Shown here: piece after piece, positions 62,335 to 64,000 of the stretch | Layout of the letters: every line of letters begins with the position of its first letter | Position numbering within the stretch: position 1 is the first letter of the stretch | Origin: Veleropilina oligotropha | Taxonomy: Eukaryota | Length of the DNA: 64,000 bases | NCBI GenBank assembly: GCA_048128005.1 | Contig: JBEUKZ010000008.1 | Location: 310,001 to 374,000 of the forward strand | Direction: 5' to 3' | Translations under genes and position numbers: made by a program | Notes under the pieces: model-generated | Databases searched by the model: none | What the model was told of the DNA's origin: nothing | Seen by the model: the letters and a program-made list of their open reading frames with translations, nothing else

Positions 62335-62939
62335 GTAGGTACTTCTCTTAAGGTTGGGTCATGGATATTTCATTTGTTTTCTGGTGTGCGTTGTAAAACG
62401 ACAATCGCTTGAATTGCGTTTAATGAACGATCACATAACCGTTTTATCGAGATTCGATGGCGTACTTGCTTACAAAATGTTGTGTAAATATTCCTGGATT
62501 TATATATAAAATATGGAGTTGTAAAATGTATCTTTGAGACTTAATAACACGGGCAAAGCCATGGTACACTGTACTATCAATATTAGATGATAAGATAAAA
62601 TAATAGCAGGAGCAGAATTGAAATAAAAAATGAAATAATTTATGTAATAATTGTTTTAATTTTAATTTTAAAGATTCAACATTAGCCATATCACGATGTG
62701 TAGAACTCTTAACACACTTTGTCCGACCATTTTTACATTATTCATATTATTTTTATTGTTATGAACATTTTATTGCATCACAAACATTTTCTATTTATAG
62801 AAAATGACAAAAAATGTGAAATCATTATACCTGTGAAATCGGTTTTTAGAAAAATTATCCAAATCCTTCTGACAAATTGTGCCCTATTATGCATAGAAAC
62901 AAAACGAAAAATAGCACGCCGTTATTATATATAGAAGTC

Positions 62940-63620
62940 AGCTTGTCTGTCTGTCTGTTGGCTGGTCTGTTGCATATTTCCTTCCGCTCCATATCTTCTA
63001 TACTATTTGACCAAGGGACACAAAACTTGATGTGCGCATGCATCATAACCCAAAGGTATGTCGCATACCGAAAGTAGGTCACCACGACCTACTTTTCATG
63101 CTTGACTGCACTTAATCCAAAATTCCCTTCCGCTCTGCATCTCCCACACTATGAGACCGTGGGACATTAAACTTGATGTGTGTATGTGTCGTAGCCCAAA
63201 GGTGTGTCGCATACCGAAAGTAGGTCACTGCGACCAACATTTCGGACTGCATTTTGTCCAAAATTCCTTTCCGCTCCATATCTTCCATACTATTTGATCG
63301 AGGGACAAGAAATTTGATGTGTGTATGCGTCATAACCCAAAGGTGTGTCGCATACCAAAAGTAGGTCAAAGTGACCTACTTTTCACGCTTGACCACATTG
63401 GTCAAAAATTCCCTTCCGCTCCATATTCTCCCATACTATTTGACTGAAGGACATGAAACTTGATGTGTTTATGTGTCATAACTGATAGGTATGTTGCGTA
63501 CCGAAAGTAGGTCACCGCAACCTACTTTTCACACTTGACCGCATTCAGTCTAAAATTCCCTTCCGCTCCATATCTCCAATACTATTTGACTGAAGGACAT
63601 GAAACTTCATGTGTGTATGC
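62940..63620 (-). repeat. ~145-bp tandem array, probably a HINE core
   Basis: cataccgaaagtaggtca and ccttccgctccatatc recur about every 145 bp (4-5 units). Confidence 0.75.
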
Positions 63621-63871
63621 AACAGCCTGTTCCTGGGTCAAACGTTTTCATGGGGGCATGTGATCACTCCTGTGATAGCTTTAGTCTACAATACTTTTTG
63701 AGTTACACATTTTTGTACTCAATCAATGTGTGTAAAAGATTGATTTTGAGAAATCACGGTTCAAAGTTTTTAATATATTTCTAAAAAATGTCCAGTGCAG
63801 ATTTTGAGCTTTCAATTGATATATGGAAGTATATGCTAAGTTTTAGGATAATACATGTTGCTATTAAAAGC

Positions 63872-64000
63872 GGCCGCTTCGGCAGCGCAGTGGGTAGAGT
63901 GTCCACTCTAACTTCACTGGCTTGATTCCGCTAATGCGAACAGTAGTGGGTTCAATACCTGGCTGAGGCATTGACATTTGTTCAAGTTATGAATCACAGT
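63872..64000 (+). mobile_element. SINE 5' part, cut by the window end
   Basis: Close match to the head of 45754-46014, with B-box gggttcaatacc. Confidence 0.85.

Overview
This is eukaryotic animal DNA: AT-rich, with spliceosomal GT-AG introns. The repeat landscape suggests a marine invertebrate, probably a lophotrochozoan (inference). The whole window lies inside one + strand gene, perlecan (HSPG2 / unc-52 / trol). I traced 48 exons from 846 to 62334 whose phases join without a frameshift (6675 nt, 2225 codons). They encode 3 LDL-receptor class A repeats and 1 Ig module (domain II), three laminin-IV (L4) plus laminin-EGF repeats (domain III), and 9 Ig modules (domain IV). The start and the main stop lie outside the window. 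The introns are full of mobile DNA: a decayed Tc1 transposon carrying a nested Penelope-like retroelement and a hairpin element, tRNA-derived SINEs, several families of Helentron-type non-autonomous elements (HINEs) with internal satellite arrays, and many MITEs. The most notable observations are: (1) a candidate Cys-rich alternative terminal exon that would give a short perlecan isoform; (2) hammerhead ribozyme motifs in the inverted Penelope pLTRs; (3) three unrelated hairpin elements sharing a covarying CGAG/CGAG (tandem G.A) apical motif; (4) a minisatellite that amplified a splice donor; (5) two RRGD motifs in the first L4 module. No prokaryotic system or CRISPR array is present. All coordinates were read by hand; exon boundaries are firmer than repeat boundaries.
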